Positions 60,601-64,000 of a stretch of 64,000 nt of DNA are shown piece after piece (positions within the stretch are counted from its first letter, which is position 1; each line of letters starts with the position of its first letter). Origin of the DNA: Bilabrum cf. latius (taxonomy: Eukaryota); the NCBI GenBank assembly GCA_965178125.1, contig OZ237746.1:186001-250000 (forward strand), written 5' to 3'. The notes under the pieces were generated by a model. That model ran no database searches. It was not told where the DNA came from and was given only the letters and a program-made list of their open reading frames with translations. The translations under genes and the position numbers were made by a program.

Positions 60601-60948
60601 GCGTACGGAAGGGACCCGGAATCGTTTCTTCTCTCTGCCATGGAGGACGACGGAGGCGAGCATGATGGCACTGGAAGCGGGGAGGACGGAAGCGGTGGGG
60701 GGGGAGTGGGAGGCCGCAAGGGGGACCAAGGGAGGCGGGGGGGCGGGGGGTTTTTGGAGGAGGTCAGCGGGCTGGCTGCGATGAAGAGAATAATGGACGA
60801 TGCTGCGGGCGCGGCTGGAACTGGGGCAATGGCAGCGGTAGGCGCAGGAGCAGCTGCGGCAACAAGCTCCGTGGTGCGGGCCGATTTGGCGGAGGCTGTG
60901 CCCACTGGTGGAGATCAAGGCGAGAATGATGAGTGGGAGTTGCTGTGA
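57682..60948 (+). CDS. ATG7: Ubiquitin-like modifier-activating enzyme ATG7 (~1088 aa)
   Basis: Motifs 'LGWPIRNAL', 'LNLELMRWR[TAG]MPGLD', 'LLLGAGTLGC', 'VSASNPVRQPLF', 'IPMPGH', 'DTRESRWLP', 'LGCYFCQDVVAP' and catalytic 'TLDQQCTVTRPG'. TAGs at 57697, 59191, 59578 and 60199; TGA stop. A short upstream exon from ATG 57615 is possible. Confidence 0.95.
58732..58806. repeat. Coding hexamer microsatellite (GCAGGG)n, (Ala-Gly)n insert in ATG7
   Basis: About 12.5 perfect units are visible. Confidence 0.93.
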
Positions 60949-61857
60949 AGATGCCACGGGTAGTAGAGTTTGGGCAAAAAGTTGGTGGTTTGTGGCCACC
61001 TTGCGGTTGCTGCAGCGCAGGGTACCAGCACGCGCCGGTAGGCATGCAGAGAGGAGCCGTGAACTTTTTAAGTATACATAAACGTTCATTTCTGCTACCA
61101 TTCGTGCGTGTCATTGCCGCAACACGTGTGATAGCGCTCAAGATGCGGAAGAGGGTGATGATCGGATCAGCCGCGATTGTTCTCGAGACCTCGGAGGTTC
61201 CGTTGTGTTGTGGGAAAATGGCCCGTGGCAAAATCTGTGACGCAGCCAACGTCCGAACGCGGTAGTGTGCAGGTGCGTGCTTCTTTCTCCTGTGGTAGAG
61301 CGGTGCGGTTGATAAATTAGTGTGAAATACACATATCGGGCCAGCTGAAACTCCCTATTTCTGCTTGGGAGTTGTTCTAACTAAGTCTGGGCGACAGCTT
61401 GGCCGCGGCCGCGGCGGCACGAACTTAACTACTTTGAGAAGCACATCCAGGTAAGTTTGCAAGCAATATTCAACAAGTTATTTGCATGTATCTATGGGAA
61501 GTGCATGCTGGCATTCAATGGCTGGATTCTGGGTCATTTTTAGGGTGCCGCGTGCCGCTTGATGGTCGTCGCGTGCCAACTTGCTCACGTGCTATGGCGA
61601 CGATAACCCCATGTATGAAGATGATGCTCTCACACAGGTGGATTAGTCCAATTTATAGTGCATTCAGTTCAATGGCGGACACGATTGGTCCGTGACTGGA
61701 ATTGACTGGGAGGCGATGGCGGCATGCGAGTGCGGCGATCCATGCCAGCTGCAACTCAATGCACGCCAATTCCGTCTCCCGTACCAAGAGCATTCGTTAT
61801 CTGATCTATTATTCTGTCAACGCAGGTTGGCATTGATAATTAGTATCGATTTCAGCC

Positions 61858-64000
61858 ATGAAGCCAGGGTACGGCCACGAAACGTAGGCCCTCGCTGGTC
61901 TCAGCAATGTGGTGCACCGCAGCACGGGCTTCAACTCGGCAGCACATGCCCAAAGTATGATCCATGGGCTGCGTACTCCTCAAACTATTGGTACAGTGTA
62001 GACGTTTGGAACCCACCGCATTGGGGCTCCGTCAGGCATGCCTGCATCTGGCAGGGCGACGCCAGGTCAGGACAAACAGGTTGCCGCTTCTAACAATGTG
62101 GCGCAGGGCAGCGGGGTTCAGCCGCAGCAGGCTGGGCATGGTGGATCATACGTTGCGAACAGTAAACACCTGGTGGAGCCTTTGCTTGCCGCTGCGGCGG
62201 GCTCCTTCGGAGACGGCCTGAGGATGCATCTCGACGAATCGCACGGATCTAGACGCTTCTCGATTTCTTTCGACAACTCGGTTTTGAAGCCCAGGGTGGG
62301 CAAGCACCTTACCTGCGCGTGGCGGGCAGCCATTCGTTGCGCTACTCAGGAAGAACGGCCACTGAGCGACCACGTAATAAACCGCCGATCTCGCGCCATC
62401 GAATTCTCCGGCGCTGATCTTCTAGATTCGATTGGCGGCGATCAGGATCTATACAGGCAAATTCGGGCGGCATATTTTGGTGCATAGGGCGTGGCTCCAC
62501 CTGAGTCGGCCGCGAAGGGGACCGCGGTTGGAGGGGCAGACATGGTGCGGCGGAGAAATGGCTCAACAGATAGCATGGTCTCGGCTATCGCTCTTCGTTC
62601 GCCGCCAGTGTCCTCGCAGGCCATCTCTACAGCCGCACAGCGTACGGCAATACTTTCTTCAAGTGCATCCGCAGCAATGGCGCCGCCCTCTCCAGCTTCA
62701 TCGTCGCTGTCTCGCGGGCGCCTGGTCATTCCAACAGCGCCTCCACCTGAGCCGCAGTATCTTGTCCCGCAGTATCTCAGTCAGCCATTCATCAACGGAA
62801 AGAATGGCACTTTTGGAGAAGGACTCACCTTGCAATTGGGCCCCACGCCAAGGTCTCCCTGGTCGATTCGGTTCGACAACCGAGTGCTCAATCCCCGCAT
62901 CGGTTTCATCAAGTCGGGAGGGTGGAGAGCCGCCGTGCGCCGCGTGGCCGAATCTGAGGAGGCTATCGTGAAGAACGGAGCATCCGTCCGCGTGGTGGAG
63001 TTTAAAGGAGACGACCTGTACACTGCCCTGCGAGGATGCCGGTCCCTCCTCGCCGACCTGGGATACCAGGGAGTATCGGATCTCAGGGCAGGCTCTGGCA
63101 GGTCGATCCATGCGAGCGGTGAAGTCGAACCACCCAACCCTTCGTCTGCAAACATCGGCAACAAGCGGGGGAGGGCCAGCACCTGGGGTTCGAGCCAATC
63201 GCAGAGCGGTGGAAGCAATGCAAAGCGAGCTCGCACCCAGCCCGCATCAACAGGCACGGAAACCAGCACCAGCGTCGGGCTGAGCGATGGATGCAGTGAC
63301 ATGATTGCCGTGGCAGGCCTGCATGCCCTGGCGTCTGCCTCGGGCGGCAGCAGCCCAGCCAGCACCCCAGGCAGCGCCATCCATGGACCGTGGGCCGCGC
63401 ATGGCGATGGGCCGGGCCAGAGGGGCACGCAAGGCAGCGGGAGCGGGCAGCTGGCTGCGCACTGGCACCACCAGCACCATCAGCACCAGCATCATGGTGT
63501 CCATGCAGGCCAGAGAATGTTCCCTGGCTCATTCCCGCACCCTGGAGGCATGCTTCGTCATGGCCAGCCGTATTCCAGCTACCAGCCGCATCAGCACTTT
63601 CCTTCGTACCAGCAGCACCAGTACCAGCGAATACAGGCGGGGACAGGAATGCACCCGTTCATGAGCCAGGGCTCTGCTGTCCTCGATTTTGAGGGGACCG
63701 CGGGTGCATTGCATGGTGGCGCATCGCTGGACGCGCCAGTCCCCGGCATGAAGGCTGATCACCGGGCTCATGTGCAGGCGCAGCTGCAGATGCAACAGAT
63801 GCAGATATCTGAGAGATTGAGGCAGCTCGAGCATCTGCGAAGGATGGAAGAGTTGCAGAGGATGCAGGCACAGCTGCAGGAGCAGCAGGAGCAGCAGATG
63901 CTGCACAAGCAACGTTTACTGCAGTTTCAGCAGCAGAGCGCGCCTGCTTCTGGTGGTATGCGCAGCAATGTACTCTATGCACCAGCCCTACAATCGCCGT
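61858..64000 (+). CDS. 3'-partial hypothetical protein with two copies of an ~90-aa domain and a Gln/His-rich region
   Basis: The frame is open from ATG 61858 through TAGs at ~61882, 61996 and 62485 to the window end. Candidate 5'-UTR intron 61451-61825 (GTAAGT..ACGCAG). Confidence 0.7.

Noticed and set aside
61285-61360. Possible tRNA (TGGTAGAGC D-loop-like motif), e.g. a suppressor tRNA
   Set aside because: No T-loop (GTTCRA) or acceptor stem is found. No tRNA was identified anywhere in the window.
1-64000. Cluster of pseudogenes with premature stops
   Set aside because: Interruptions are exclusively TAG, catalytic motifs are intact, and frameshifts are essentially absent. Decay would also produce TAA and TGA.
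1-64000. Ciliate-type code (TAA and TAG both Gln), pyrrolysine, or A-to-I editing to Trp
   Set aside because: No in-frame TAA occurs, and TAA ends eIF5A and SelO at their expected termini. Poly-Gln contexts fit Gln, not Pyl or Trp. U-to-C editing cannot be excluded without RNA data.

Overview
This is a compact, GC-rich eukaryotic (protist-like) nuclear region with about 16 protein-coding genes, short intergenic spacers and GT-AG introns. The standard-code ORF track is fragmented because nearly every real gene contains in-frame TAG codons. No gene model contains an in-frame TAA or TGA, and every resolvable gene end is TAA or TGA. Reading TAG as a sense codon gives complete genes: ArfGAP, copine-like, SelO, cytochrome c1, eIF5A, CDIN1-like nuclease, cyclic-nucleotide PDE, MhpD-like hydratase, ERCC1, ATG7, a 14.7-kb ORF with one CCCH finger, and an 8.8-kb ORF. 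TAGs embedded in poly-Gln tracts point to Gln, giving a rare decoupled nuclear code (UAG=Gln, UAA/UGA=stop). Read with this code, the minus-strand locus at 45.7-57.2 kb encodes three diverged HEPN-like domains with R-x4-H motifs, about eight copies of a possible LOTUS/OST-HTH-like domain and several recent repeat expansions. It is a candidate multi-HEPN RNase system. All domain calls come from motif recognition by eye; no database search was run.
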